From Gemmatimonas sp. (lineage in GTDB: Bacteria; Gemmatimonadota; Gemmatimonadetes; Gemmatimonadales; Gemmatimonadaceae), in assembly GCA_965279375.1 (NCBI GenBank), contig OZ257156.1, forward strand, positions 3,296,001-3,360,000: a stretch of DNA of 64,000 bases. The letters run 5' to 3'. This document shows positions 47,979 through 56,608 of the stretch, in pieces. The translations under genes were made by a program, and so were the position numbers. Under the pieces are notes generated by a model, which was not told where the DNA came from, did no database searches, and saw nothing but the letters and a program-made list of their open reading frames with translations. How positions within the stretch are numbered: the stretch's first letter is position 1; every line of letters begins with the position of its first letter.

Positions 47979-48491
47979 TCAGTCGGCGCGGGGCACGCGG
48001 ACAGTCGGTGCATCCTGCACATCAAGTTGCTCGATCACCCGACGCACGCCGGGGACGCCGCGCGCGAGCGTACGAGCATAGGCGACCTCCTGCGGCCCAT
48101 CGACCCAGCCCGTCAGCTCGATGTCGCCGGCCGAGATCGCGCCGATGTCGATCGAGCGCTCGCTCAGAATCGGGTCGTTACGAAAGGCCTCGAGCACCCG
48201 CCGTTCGAGTTCGATCTCTCGTGCGAACCCATCGGTGGAGGGCGACGGCGCGGACAGAGGACGTCGGGCGTCCCTGACGGTCCGTTGCTGCTGCTTCGGT
48301 GGCGCATGCGGCCGGGGCCTCTCCTGGCTCAGCGCGCGCGGGGCGGTAGGCCCACGGCGCGCGCCGAGCACCAGCGCGACCCCCGCGGTGACACCCACGG
48401 CGAGCAACAGAAGAGAAGCGGCTCGTCCGCGCTGGTCCCAGCCAGCGGGATCCTCGGCGTGGCGCAGCGAATATCTCGGCGATCTGGACAT
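47979..48491 (-). CDS. BON-domain membrane protein
   Basis: One TM helix, then LERRVLEAFRNDPIL...IELTGWV...ARGVPGVRRVIEQL (BON pattern). Confidence 0.75.
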   Translation of the reverse strand: MSRSPRYSLRHAEDPAGWDQRGRAASLLLLAVGVTAGVALVLGARRGPTAPRALSQERPRPHAPPKQQQRTVRDARRPLSAPSPSTDGFAREIELERRVLEAFRNDPILSERSIDIGAISAGDIELTGWVDGPQEVAYARTLARGVPGVRRVIEQLDVQDAPTVRVPRAD

Positions 48492-48541
48492 GGGATCTCT
48501 CTGGTGGCGCGTGTATCCGCGAATCGGTAAGTTGCCTTTCT

Positions 48542-48618
48542 CGCGCGGCGGGCATCGGGAGTATTCCGGTGCGCGCCGCGCGTGGCCATCCGGGACCTCG
48601 ACGGTCATTCGGATGGCC
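48542..48618. promoter_or_regulatory. Two adjacent strong hairpins upstream of thrS
   Basis: CGCGCGGCG-G-GCATCGG-(GAGTATT)-CCGGTGC-G-CGCCGCGCG (48542-48582) and GGCCATCCG-G-GACC-(TCGAC)-GGTC-ATT-CGGATGGCC (48584-48618). Confidence 0.55.
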
Positions 48619-48672
48619 TCAGCTCCTGGGCCAGTGCATCGGCCAGTTCAGCCTTTCTCCAGTCCGCTTCCG

Positions 48673-50682
48673 ATGATCGCCGGTCCGTCAAACGCTGCCC
48701 CCGAGTCGCTGCTAGTCCTCACGCTCCCGGATGGTTCCACGCGCGAAGTGCCGTATGGCACCCTCGGGCGTGACGTGGTGGCAACGATTGGCGCCCGTCT
48801 GCTGCAGGCCTCGGTGGCGGTCGCGGTCGATGGCGAAGTACAGGACCTCATGACGCCTCTGCGCAAGTCCGGTGCCTTCGTCGTCATCACCGACAAGGAC
48901 CCGCGTGCACTGGCGGTGCTGCGGCATTCCGGCGCGCACATCCTGGCCACGGCGGTGCGCCGTTTGCGCCCCGATGCGCACATCGGCTTTGGCCCGGCCA
49001 TCGACGACGGCTTCTACTACGACTTCGAAGTGGCGCAGCCCTTCACGCCCGAGGACCTCGAGGCGTTCGAAGCGGAGATGAAGAAGGTGGTGGCCGAGAA
49101 GCTGCCGTTCGTGCGCGATGAAGTGACGCTGGCCGAGGCGCGCGTGCGCTTCGCCGACGATCCGCTCAAGCTCGAGCGCCTCGACGACTTTGAAGGCTCG
49201 GACGAAGTCATCTCCACGTACACGGACGGTCCGTTCGTGGACCTCTGCCGCGGCCCGCACGTGCAGGACACATCGTACCTCAAGCACTTCAAGCTGCTGT
49301 CGGCCGCAGGCGCGTATTGGCGCGGCGACGTCAAGCGACAGATGCTGCAGCGCATCTACGCGACGGCGTTCTTCAAGAAGGACGAGCTCGACACGCATCT
49401 GCACCAGCTCGAGGAAGCGAAAAAGCGCGATCACCGCGTGCTGGGCAAAGCGCTGGATCTGTTCCAGTTCTTTCCCGTCTCGCCGGGCGGTGTCTTCTGG
49501 ACGCCCAAGGGCACGACGATCTACAACACGCTCGAAGCGTTCGTGCGCGAGCGGCAGAAGGAGTCGTTCAAGGAGATCAAGACGCCGCTCCTGTACAACT
49601 CCAAGCTCTGGGAGCAGTCGGGGCATTGGGGCAAGTACAAGGAGAACATGTTCCTCGTCCACAACAACGAGACGGGTGAACATGACATGGCGCTCAAGCC
49701 GATGAACTGCCCGTCGCACCATCTGTTCTTCGCGGCGTCCAAGCATTCGTATCGCGACCTGCCGATGCGCTACGTCACGTTCGACGTGCTCCATCGCAAC
49801 GAACTTTCCGGCGCGTTGTCGGGGCTCACGCGCGTGCGTCAGTTCTCGCAGGACGACTGCCACGTCTACCTGCGCGAAGATCAGATCGCCGACGAAGTGC
49901 AGTTCCTGATGACGTTCATTCTTGGCTACTACGACGCGTTCGGGCTGACGGCCAAGCTCAAGTTCGCCACGCGTCCCGAGCAGCGCATTGGCTCCGATGA
50001 GCTGTGGGATCGCGCGGAAGGCGCGCTCAAGGCGGCGCTGGAAGCGACGGGGCGGCCGTACGAACTCAAGGAAGGCGACGGCGCGTTTTATGGTCCCAAG
50101 ATCGACTTCGACGTGACCGACAGCATCGGGCGCGCGTGGCAGTTGGGCACGATCCAGCTCGACTACAACGCACCGGAACGATTCGATCTGTCGTACACGG
50201 GCGAAGACAATGCGGCGCACCGCCCGGTGGTGATTCATCGCGCAGTCAGCGGCTCGTTCGAGCGGTTCATCGCCATCCTCATCGAGCACTTTGCCGGCGC
50301 GTTCCCCGTCTGGCTCGCGCCCGAACAGGTGCGCGTGATCCCCATCGCGATCGACTACAACGAGTATGCCGGCGCGCTGGTGCAGCGCATGAAGGACGCG
50401 GGTATTCGCGCGACGCTCGATGCGCGCAACGAGACGCTCAACTACCGCGTCCGCGAGGGCGAAGTGGCCAAGATTCCGTACATGTGCGTGATCGGCAAGC
50501 GCGAAGCGGATGAGGGCAACGTCGCGTTGCGCGTGCGTGGCGCTGGGAAGAAGCAGGAGATTCTGTCGTCCGATGCCTTCGTGGCGCGAGTGCTCGACGA
50601 AATCGCCACGCGCGCCCTGACGCCGTCCTCCGATGGTCAGGCGACCGAGGCAAGCGCCGGCGCAGCAGAGGCCACCGCGTGA
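48673..50682 (+). CDS. thrS: Threonine--tRNA ligase
   Basis: TGS domain; RHSGAHILA, GFYYDF, DLCRGPH, RDHRVLG, KPMNCPSH, HRNELSGALSGLTRVRQF, GAFYGPKID and HRAVSGSFERF motifs. Confidence 0.97.
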   Translation: MIAGPSNAAPESLLVLTLPDGSTREVPYGTLGRDVVATIGARLLQASVAVAVDGEVQDLMTPLRKSGAFVVITDKDPRALAVLRHSGAHILATAVRRLRPDAHIGFGPAIDDGFYYDFEVAQPFTPEDLEAFEAEMKKVVAEKLPFVRDEVTLAEARVRFADDPLKLERLDDFEGSDEVISTYTDGPFVDLCRGPHVQDTSYLKHFKLLSAAGAYWRGDVKRQMLQRIYATAFFKKDELDTHLHQLEEAKKRDHRVLGKALDLFQFFPVSPGGVFWTPKGTTIYNTLEAFVRERQKESFKEIKTPLLYNSKLWEQSGHWGKYKENMFLVHNNETGEHDMALKPMNCPSHHLFFAASKHSYRDLPMRYVTFDVLHRNELSGALSGLTRVRQFSQDDCHVYLREDQIADEVQFLMTFILGYYDAFGLTAKLKFATRPEQRIGSDELWDRAEGALKAALEATGRPYELKEGDGAFYGPKIDFDVTDSIGRAWQLGTIQLDYNAPERFDLSYTGEDNAAHRPVVIHRAVSGSFERFIAILIEHFAGAFPVWLAPEQVRVIPIAIDYNEYAGALVQRMKDAGIRATLDARNETLNYRVREGEVAKIPYMCVIGKREADEGNVALRVRGAGKKQEILSSDAFVARVLDEIATRALTPSSDGQATEASAGAAEATA

Positions 50683-51926
50683 CCCCCGAGGCGCTCCTCG
50701 ATCTCTTCGTGCTCGCACCGGTCGGTCTGGTCGCGATCGATCTGGATGGGCACGTGCAGATGGCCAATCTCGCGGCGCGTCGCCTGTTGACGCCGTTCGT
50801 GAATGCGGGATCGCTGGAGAACCTGTTCGACGCGTTGGGCGACGTCATGCCGGACTTGGGCGCGCGTGTGCGCGCCTTCGAGGGACAGCGCGGCGTCATC
50901 GTGGAAGGGCTCGATCTGCTCGCGCCTGGTCAGTCGCATGGCGTGCAGGTGGCATTGGTGAAAGTAGGAGCCACCCGAGTGGTGGCGGTGGCGACCGATG
51001 CGGGCAATCTCGCTGAGGCCTTGGGTACCGTGAGTCGTCTCGAACAGCGGATGCGCGCTGTCGAAGTCACGGTGCGCGATTACGCCATCTTCACTGTCTC
51101 GCGCGACGGCCTGGTCGACTCATGGAACGAGGCGTCGGAGCGCGTGCATCAGTGGCCCGCGGCAGAAATCCTCGGCCAGTCCCTCGACGTGCTGCAGCCG
51201 AGCGAGATGGCGGGGCTGACCAACCTCGGCGACACGCTGGCCCTCGCCGCGCGCAACGGCTGGTGCGAAGAAGAGGGCAATCGCTCGCGGCGCGACGGAA
51301 CGACGTTCTGGGCAAATACCGTCATCACCGCGCTGCGTGGCACCGATGGGTCGGCGATCGGCTTCTCCGTGGTGACGCGCGACCTGTCCGATCGACGCAA
51401 GCTCGATTCGTTCACGCGCGAAGACGCCGCCAGCAACACGGATTACCTCACCGGGGTCAGCTCGCGCCGCGCCTTCTTCGAAGTGGCTGGCTCGGAGGTT
51501 GCGCGCGGTCGTCGTTACGCGCAGCCGCTGTCGCTGCTGCTGGTGGACCCCGATCGCATACACGAGCTGGTGGAACAGCATGGCCAGCCCTTTGCGGACG
51601 AATGGCTGCGCGCGATCGCGTGGGTCTGCCGGCAGGAATCGCGCACCACGGACGTCGTGGGACGAGTCGGCGGCGAGCAGATTGCGGTGTTGCTCCCCAG
51701 CACCGAACTCTCGGGCGGCCTGGTGCTCGCCGAGCGTATCAGAGAGCGCATGCAGCGCCATGTCTTTCAGGGCGACTATCAGGCGGTGCGCTGCACGTTG
51801 AGCGTGGGTGTGGCGGAGCTGAGCGACGGCGTGACGAGCGTGGATGGGTTGCTCACCGCCGCGTCGACGGCCGTGCAACGTGCGCGGCAGGCGGGGATGA
51901 ATCTGGTGGTGGGGTACGACGCATAG
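50679..51926 (+). CDS. PAS-PAS-GGDEF protein with degenerate catalytic site
   Basis: DYAIFTVSRDGLVDSWNEASE...RRDGTTFWANTVIT (PAS/PAC); TDYLTGVSSRRAF; RTTD-VVGRV-GGEQI; TLSVGVA; GTGA overlap with thrS. Confidence 0.85.
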   Translation: MTPEALLDLFVLAPVGLVAIDLDGHVQMANLAARRLLTPFVNAGSLENLFDALGDVMPDLGARVRAFEGQRGVIVEGLDLLAPGQSHGVQVALVKVGATRVVAVATDAGNLAEALGTVSRLEQRMRAVEVTVRDYAIFTVSRDGLVDSWNEASERVHQWPAAEILGQSLDVLQPSEMAGLTNLGDTLALAARNGWCEEEGNRSRRDGTTFWANTVITALRGTDGSAIGFSVVTRDLSDRRKLDSFTREDAASNTDYLTGVSSRRAFFEVAGSEVARGRRYAQPLSLLLVDPDRIHELVEQHGQPFADEWLRAIAWVCRQESRTTDVVGRVGGEQIAVLLPSTELSGGLVLAERIRERMQRHVFQGDYQAVRCTLSVGVAELSDGVTSVDGLLTAASTAVQRARQAGMNLVVGYDA

Positions 51927-51932
51927 CCTCTG

Positions 51933-52006
51933 GGTCGCGTGTAGGTCGCAGGTAGATCGGGCGTGGTTTGCGTTTTGGTGATCCTGCAGCACATTCGCAG
52001 CAGATT
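51933..52006 (+). repeat. Two sets of 11-bp-period direct repeats in the intergenic region
   Basis: GGTCGCGTGTA/GGTCGCAGGTA/GATCGGGCGTG (51933-51965) and GCAGCACATT/GCAGCAGATT (51986, 51997). Confidence 0.55.
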
Positions 52007-52038
52007 TTCGGTACTCCGCTCTTCGCCCCGATCGAATC

Positions 52039-53775
52039 GTGAACCGACCCGTCCGCGCGCTGTTCGCTGCCTGCTGTCTGCTGTTCCTCTCTGCACAACG
52101 CTCCCAGAGCACGCCAACGTTTGCGCAAGCGGTCGATCAGTATCTCGACGACTTCGCACGTCGACATCCGTCGATCGCGGCGGGCAACGGCCTGCATCAG
52201 CACGACGATCTGCTCGATGACTACACCGCGGCGGGAATTCGCGCCGAGATCGCGTCACTCAAGCAGCACTCGGCGCGACTGCGTGCCTTCGGTGCGAAGA
52301 CGCTCACGCCCGACGAACGCGTGGACCAGCGCATCCTCCTCGGCGTCATCGATGGATGGCTGCTGGAGCAGGAGACGCTCGCCAACTGGAAGCGCAATCC
52401 CATGCTCTACGGAAGCGCGCTGACTGACGGCGTACACAACCTGATGACGATGGAGAGCAGCCCGGCACCGCTCCGTATGCGGCGCATCATCAGCAAGTTG
52501 CGGCAGGTACCGACGCTACTCGGCGCAGCGCGCACCAATATCGTCAATCCGCCTCGTCTGTTTGCCGAACGCGGCGCCGCCATGATGCACGGCGCCGTGG
52601 ACATGCTCGGTAAGGACCTCGATCTCGCGTTCGCCCGTGTGCCCGACGCAGCGCTGCGTGATTCGTTGCGGCGCGCGGCAGACGCGGCCATCCCGCAGGT
52701 GAACGCGTACATCGCGTACCTCGAGAAGGACGTCATCCCCAAGGCGAATGGCGACTTCACGATCGGCGCCACCAACATCGCGCGTCGATATCGTGCCGAA
52801 GAGCTGATCGATTCGCCGCTCGACAAGATGGTCGCGATCGGTGAGCGCGAGCTGACCGTCTCGCAGCGCGAGTTCCGTGCGGCCGCGGAGCGGTTGGCGC
52901 CGGGCAAGGATCCGCTCACCACATGGCTCGCGGTGCGCAAGGAACATCCCAAGATGGGCGGCGTGGTTGCAGCCACGAAGCGTGTCGTCGATTCGCTCAC
53001 GGCGTTCGTGGCACGCAAGGGCATCGCATCGTTACCGCCGACGGAGCGGGTGATCGTGGAGCCGGCGCTGCCGTTCGATCTGGGCTTCGCGTCGATGCAT
53101 GCGTCGCCGCCTCTCGAGGTCACACCGGTGCGCAGCATCTACTACATCACCGATGCGCGCGCAGATTTGCCGACAGCCGAGCAGGACGCGTGGCTCGAGC
53201 GATACAACTACGCGTCGTTGTCCAACACATCGGCGCACGAGGCGATGCCGGGGCACTGGCTGCACTCCACCTATATGCGGAAGACGCCGGGCAAGGTGCG
53301 ACGCATCTGGATCGGTCTCAATCCGTTTCCACAGCCGTCGTCGGGGCAGGATGGTTGGGCGCACTATGCAGAGCAGATGGTGCTCGATGAAGGGTACGGC
53401 AACGGCGATCCCAAGCTGCGACTGGCCCAGCTTTCCGACGCGCTCACGCGCATCTGCCGCATGATCTCGGGCATCAAGGTGCACAGCAAGCAATGGACGC
53501 TCGCCGACGCGCAGCGCTGCTTCGAGGAGCAGGCGTACGTCGCGGCTCCAGCGGCGAAGCGCGAAGCCGAGCGTGCCACCTACGATCCCACCTACGGCGG
53601 CTACTTCCTCGGCAAGCGAGGCATCCTCAAGCTGCGCGACGACTATGCGGCGCGTATGGGGAGCAAGTTCAACTTGCGCGAGTTTCACGAGCGCGTGATG
53701 ACCAACGGGATCGCGCCTATCTGGGCGCATCGACAACTGCTGCTACCCGGTGACACTGGGGAGATCATTCACTGA
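52039..53775 (+). CDS. DUF885 family protein, exported
   Basis: Signal peptide; HEAMPGH, DGWAHYAE, Y-x-L-G-K-x-x-I and FNLREFHERVMTNG motifs. Confidence 0.85.
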   Translation: MNRPVRALFAACCLLFLSAQRSQSTPTFAQAVDQYLDDFARRHPSIAAGNGLHQHDDLLDDYTAAGIRAEIASLKQHSARLRAFGAKTLTPDERVDQRILLGVIDGWLLEQETLANWKRNPMLYGSALTDGVHNLMTMESSPAPLRMRRIISKLRQVPTLLGAARTNIVNPPRLFAERGAAMMHGAVDMLGKDLDLAFARVPDAALRDSLRRAADAAIPQVNAYIAYLEKDVIPKANGDFTIGATNIARRYRAEELIDSPLDKMVAIGERELTVSQREFRAAAERLAPGKDPLTTWLAVRKEHPKMGGVVAATKRVVDSLTAFVARKGIASLPPTERVIVEPALPFDLGFASMHASPPLEVTPVRSIYYITDARADLPTAEQDAWLERYNYASLSNTSAHEAMPGHWLHSTYMRKTPGKVRRIWIGLNPFPQPSSGQDGWAHYAEQMVLDEGYGNGDPKLRLAQLSDALTRICRMISGIKVHSKQWTLADAQRCFEEQAYVAAPAAKREAERATYDPTYGGYFLGKRGILKLRDDYAARMGSKFNLREFHERVMTNGIAPIWAHRQLLLPGDTGEIIH

Positions 53776-54920
53776 TGACGGACGTGCGACGCAAGACAGC
53801 AGTGCCGGGAACGGTGAAAGTGGGTGTGTTGGGGGCGGGGGCGTGGGCCGAGTTTGCACATTGCCCGGGGTACAAGCGCGATGCACGCTGCGAGTTGGTG
53901 GCGATCGCCGATCCGATCGTCGAACGCGCGCAAGCATTTGCGGAGAAATTCAACATCCCGCGCGTGTATGCCACGCACGCCGAGCTGATCGCGCAGGAAG
54001 ACATCGACTTGGTGGACGTGTGCACGCCAAGTGCGACGCACTTTTCGCTCAGCATGGCCGCGCTCGAAGCCAACAAGCATGTGTTGTGCGAGAAGCCCGT
54101 GGCCTACGACTTCACCGAGACGCGCCGCGCGGCCGCGTTGGCTCGATCGAAAGGACTCAAGACCAAGCTGGGCTTCACGTTTCGCTATAGCCCGGCCATG
54201 CAGTACATGAAGGAGCTGATCGAGCAGGGGTTCATCGGGACGCCGTTCATCTTCAACGGTTACGAGCAGAACTCGCAGTGGCTTGATCCGCAGAACCCGC
54301 TGCGTCAGGTGGACCACGAGGCCGATCAGTCGCAGATCCACGTATCGTCGCTGGAAGGCTACGGTGCGCCGATCATGGACATCGGGCATCTGTTCATGGG
54401 CAGTCGTTTCCAGTCGGTGGTGGGGACGATGAAGAACTTCATCCCTGAGCGCATGGTGCGCGCCACCGGCACGATGATGCGCATGAACATCGACGATGGT
54501 GACATCTTCATCGGCGAGTACGCCAACGGTGCCATCGGTTCCATCCAGACCAGCTTCGTCACGGTGGGCAACTACCCGGGCATCGAAGCTCGTGTGTACG
54601 GCAGCAAGGGCGCGCTCATCTGCCGTCTGGTGGAAGAGAACGGCATCTGCGAGTCGCTCAAGGCGGCGTCGGCCGATCAGGTGGAGTTCCGCGAGATCGA
54701 GGTGCCGGAACGCTTCTATCCGCCTGGCGGCAGCAAGCGCGAGTCGTGGCGTTCGCTCTTCTACGCCAACCTTGTCAGCTCGTTCATCACGGAAATTCTG
54801 AGCGACGAACCGGAGAACGAAGGCAACTTCGAAGACGGTGCACACGTGCAGGAGCTGATCAACGCCGTCGAGCAGTCTTTCCGCGAGCGCCGCTGGGTCT
54901 CCATTCCACTCGGCTCGTGA
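53775..54920 (+). CDS. Gfo/Idh/MocA family NAD(P)-dependent oxidoreductase
   Basis: VGVLGAGAWA, DLVDVCTPSATH, KHVLCEKP and GFTFRYSP motifs; TGATG coupling. Confidence 0.9.
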   Translation: MTDVRRKTAVPGTVKVGVLGAGAWAEFAHCPGYKRDARCELVAIADPIVERAQAFAEKFNIPRVYATHAELIAQEDIDLVDVCTPSATHFSLSMAALEANKHVLCEKPVAYDFTETRRAAALARSKGLKTKLGFTFRYSPAMQYMKELIEQGFIGTPFIFNGYEQNSQWLDPQNPLRQVDHEADQSQIHVSSLEGYGAPIMDIGHLFMGSRFQSVVGTMKNFIPERMVRATGTMMRMNIDDGDIFIGEYANGAIGSIQTSFVTVGNYPGIEARVYGSKGALICRLVEENGICESLKAASADQVEFREIEVPERFYPPGGSKRESWRSLFYANLVSSFITEILSDEPENEGNFEDGAHVQELINAVEQSFRERRWVSIPLGS

Positions 54921-56608
54921 GCGCCGCGCTCGACCGCTTCCTCGAGCACTATTTTCGCCGCCGTCCGGTGAACGCGACGTTCACCGGCGTGCACGAGTAT
55001 GACGATGCGTTGCCGGACTGGAGTGAGTCGGGGCTCTGGTCGCTCGACGCGGAGATGCATGCGCTCCGCGCGGAATTGGTCGCCGCGTATCCTCACGTAG
55101 CGACAGCCAGCGCGCAGGCACTGGCCGAGGATGTCGATCTGCTCGATGCGCGGTTGGCGATCGCGTTTCTGGACGTGCAGCTCGCGGAGAATGCCAGTCG
55201 GCATGGGCCTCGAGGGAATCCCGCGCTCTGGAGTGGCGAGGCGGTCTTCTCCGTCGTGTCGCTGGTGATTCGCGATTTCGCGCCGGCGGTGCAGCGCGCG
55301 AACGCCATCGTGGCTCGCCTGCAGGCGATCCCGGGCTTCTTCACCAACGCGACGCGTGTACTGGAGCACGCGCCCATTCCGGCGGCGTCGGCAGACAAGG
55401 CGCAGCGCGACTGCACGGGCGCGGCGATTCTGCTCAAGCACGGTCTCGAGACGTGGCTGGCGGAGCAAGAGGGCGTGGTGTTGGCCGACGTCGCGTTGTC
55501 GATGCGCGCGCACGCGGATGCCGCGCTCGTTGCGTTCGAGCAGTTTGCGCAGTGGCTGCGCGCGCGGCCTGAGGCACCGGACGCCGGTATGTCTTGCGGC
55601 GCGGAGCTGTACGATCTGCTGCTGTCGCAGGGACACCAGTGCGAACGGTCGCGTGCAGAGCTGCTGGCCGACGCTCGAACGGCGATAACCTCGGCCAAGG
55701 CGCGACTACATGCGTTCGCGCAGGCGACCGCCGGCTCATGGGACAAAGCGCAGGCGCTTATGGCGGCCGATCACGCGGCGCCTGAAGGGTATCTCGATGC
55801 GTTTGCGCGCACGTGGGCACGCTGCCGCGAGCATGCGCTCCGCTACGATGTGGTGACCTGGCCCGAGTGGCCGCTTCGGTATGTGACGTTTCCCGCTGCG
55901 ACGCGCGATGCTGCGCCGTACCTGTACTACCTCTACTATCGTTCTCCGGCGCCGTTCGACCCGTATACGACGTACGAGTATGTCGTACCTCCGCTGCCTA
56001 CCGCCCCTGACGCAGTGGAGCGCCATCTGCGCGTGTGGAATGCGAGTGCGGTGACGCTGAATCACGTGGTGCATCATGGTGCGATCGGGCACCACGTGCA
56101 GAACTGGCACGCATATCATCAGGCCACGTCGCGCATCGGACGCATCGCCGCCGTTGATTGCGCCAATCGCGTCGGCATGTTTTGCGCTGGCACGATGGCC
56201 GAAGGGTGGGCGTGCTATGCGACCGAGTTGATGGAGGAGCTCGATTTCCTCTCGCCGCTGGAACGCTTGTCCGAACAACATTCGCGCATTCGCTTCCTCG
56301 CGCGCGCGATCGCGGACATCGAACTGCATCAGGGATCGATGAGCGTTGACGAAGTCATTCGCTTCTACGTGGACGAAGTGGGGATGTCACCTGAGGTAGC
56401 GCGCGCGGAGACGATCAAGAACGCGATGTTCCCGTGCACGGCCGTCATGTACTGGCTGGGTACGCAGGGCATTCTCGATCTGCGGAAGACGCTCCAGCGC
56501 ACGCAGGGTGCGCAGTTCAATCTCAAACGGTTTCACGACACGCTGCTCGGCTATGGTTCCATCCCGGTGCCGCTCGTGTCGCGACTCATGACGGCGGAGT
56601 CCGAATGA
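54917..56608 (+). CDS. DUF885 family protein, cytoplasmic, variant metal motif
   Basis: No signal peptide; PVNATFTGVHEYD, HHGAIGHHVQ, EGWACYA, YWLG and FNLKRFHDTLLGYG motifs; GTGA coupling. Confidence 0.8.
   Translation: MSAALDRFLEHYFRRRPVNATFTGVHEYDDALPDWSESGLWSLDAEMHALRAELVAAYPHVATASAQALAEDVDLLDARLAIAFLDVQLAENASRHGPRGNPALWSGEAVFSVVSLVIRDFAPAVQRANAIVARLQAIPGFFTNATRVLEHAPIPAASADKAQRDCTGAAILLKHGLETWLAEQEGVVLADVALSMRAHADAALVAFEQFAQWLRARPEAPDAGMSCGAELYDLLLSQGHQCERSRAELLADARTAITSAKARLHAFAQATAGSWDKAQALMAADHAAPEGYLDAFARTWARCREHALRYDVVTWPEWPLRYVTFPAATRDAAPYLYYLYYRSPAPFDPYTTYEYVVPPLPTAPDAVERHLRVWNASAVTLNHVVHHGAIGHHVQNWHAYHQATSRIGRIAAVDCANRVGMFCAGTMAEGWACYATELMEELDFLSPLERLSEQHSRIRFLARAIADIELHQGSMSVDEVIRFYVDEVGMSPEVARAETIKNAMFPCTAVMYWLGTQGILDLRKTLQRTQGAQFNLKRFHDTLLGYGSIPVPLVSRLMTAESE

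Noticed and set aside
48121..48672. N-terminal extension of ThrRS in the ORF track (and similar extensions on gltX, DUF2723, rsmI, SBP)
   Set aside because: The extensions overlap neighbouring genes, hairpins or intergenic DNA; family similarity begins at downstream starts.
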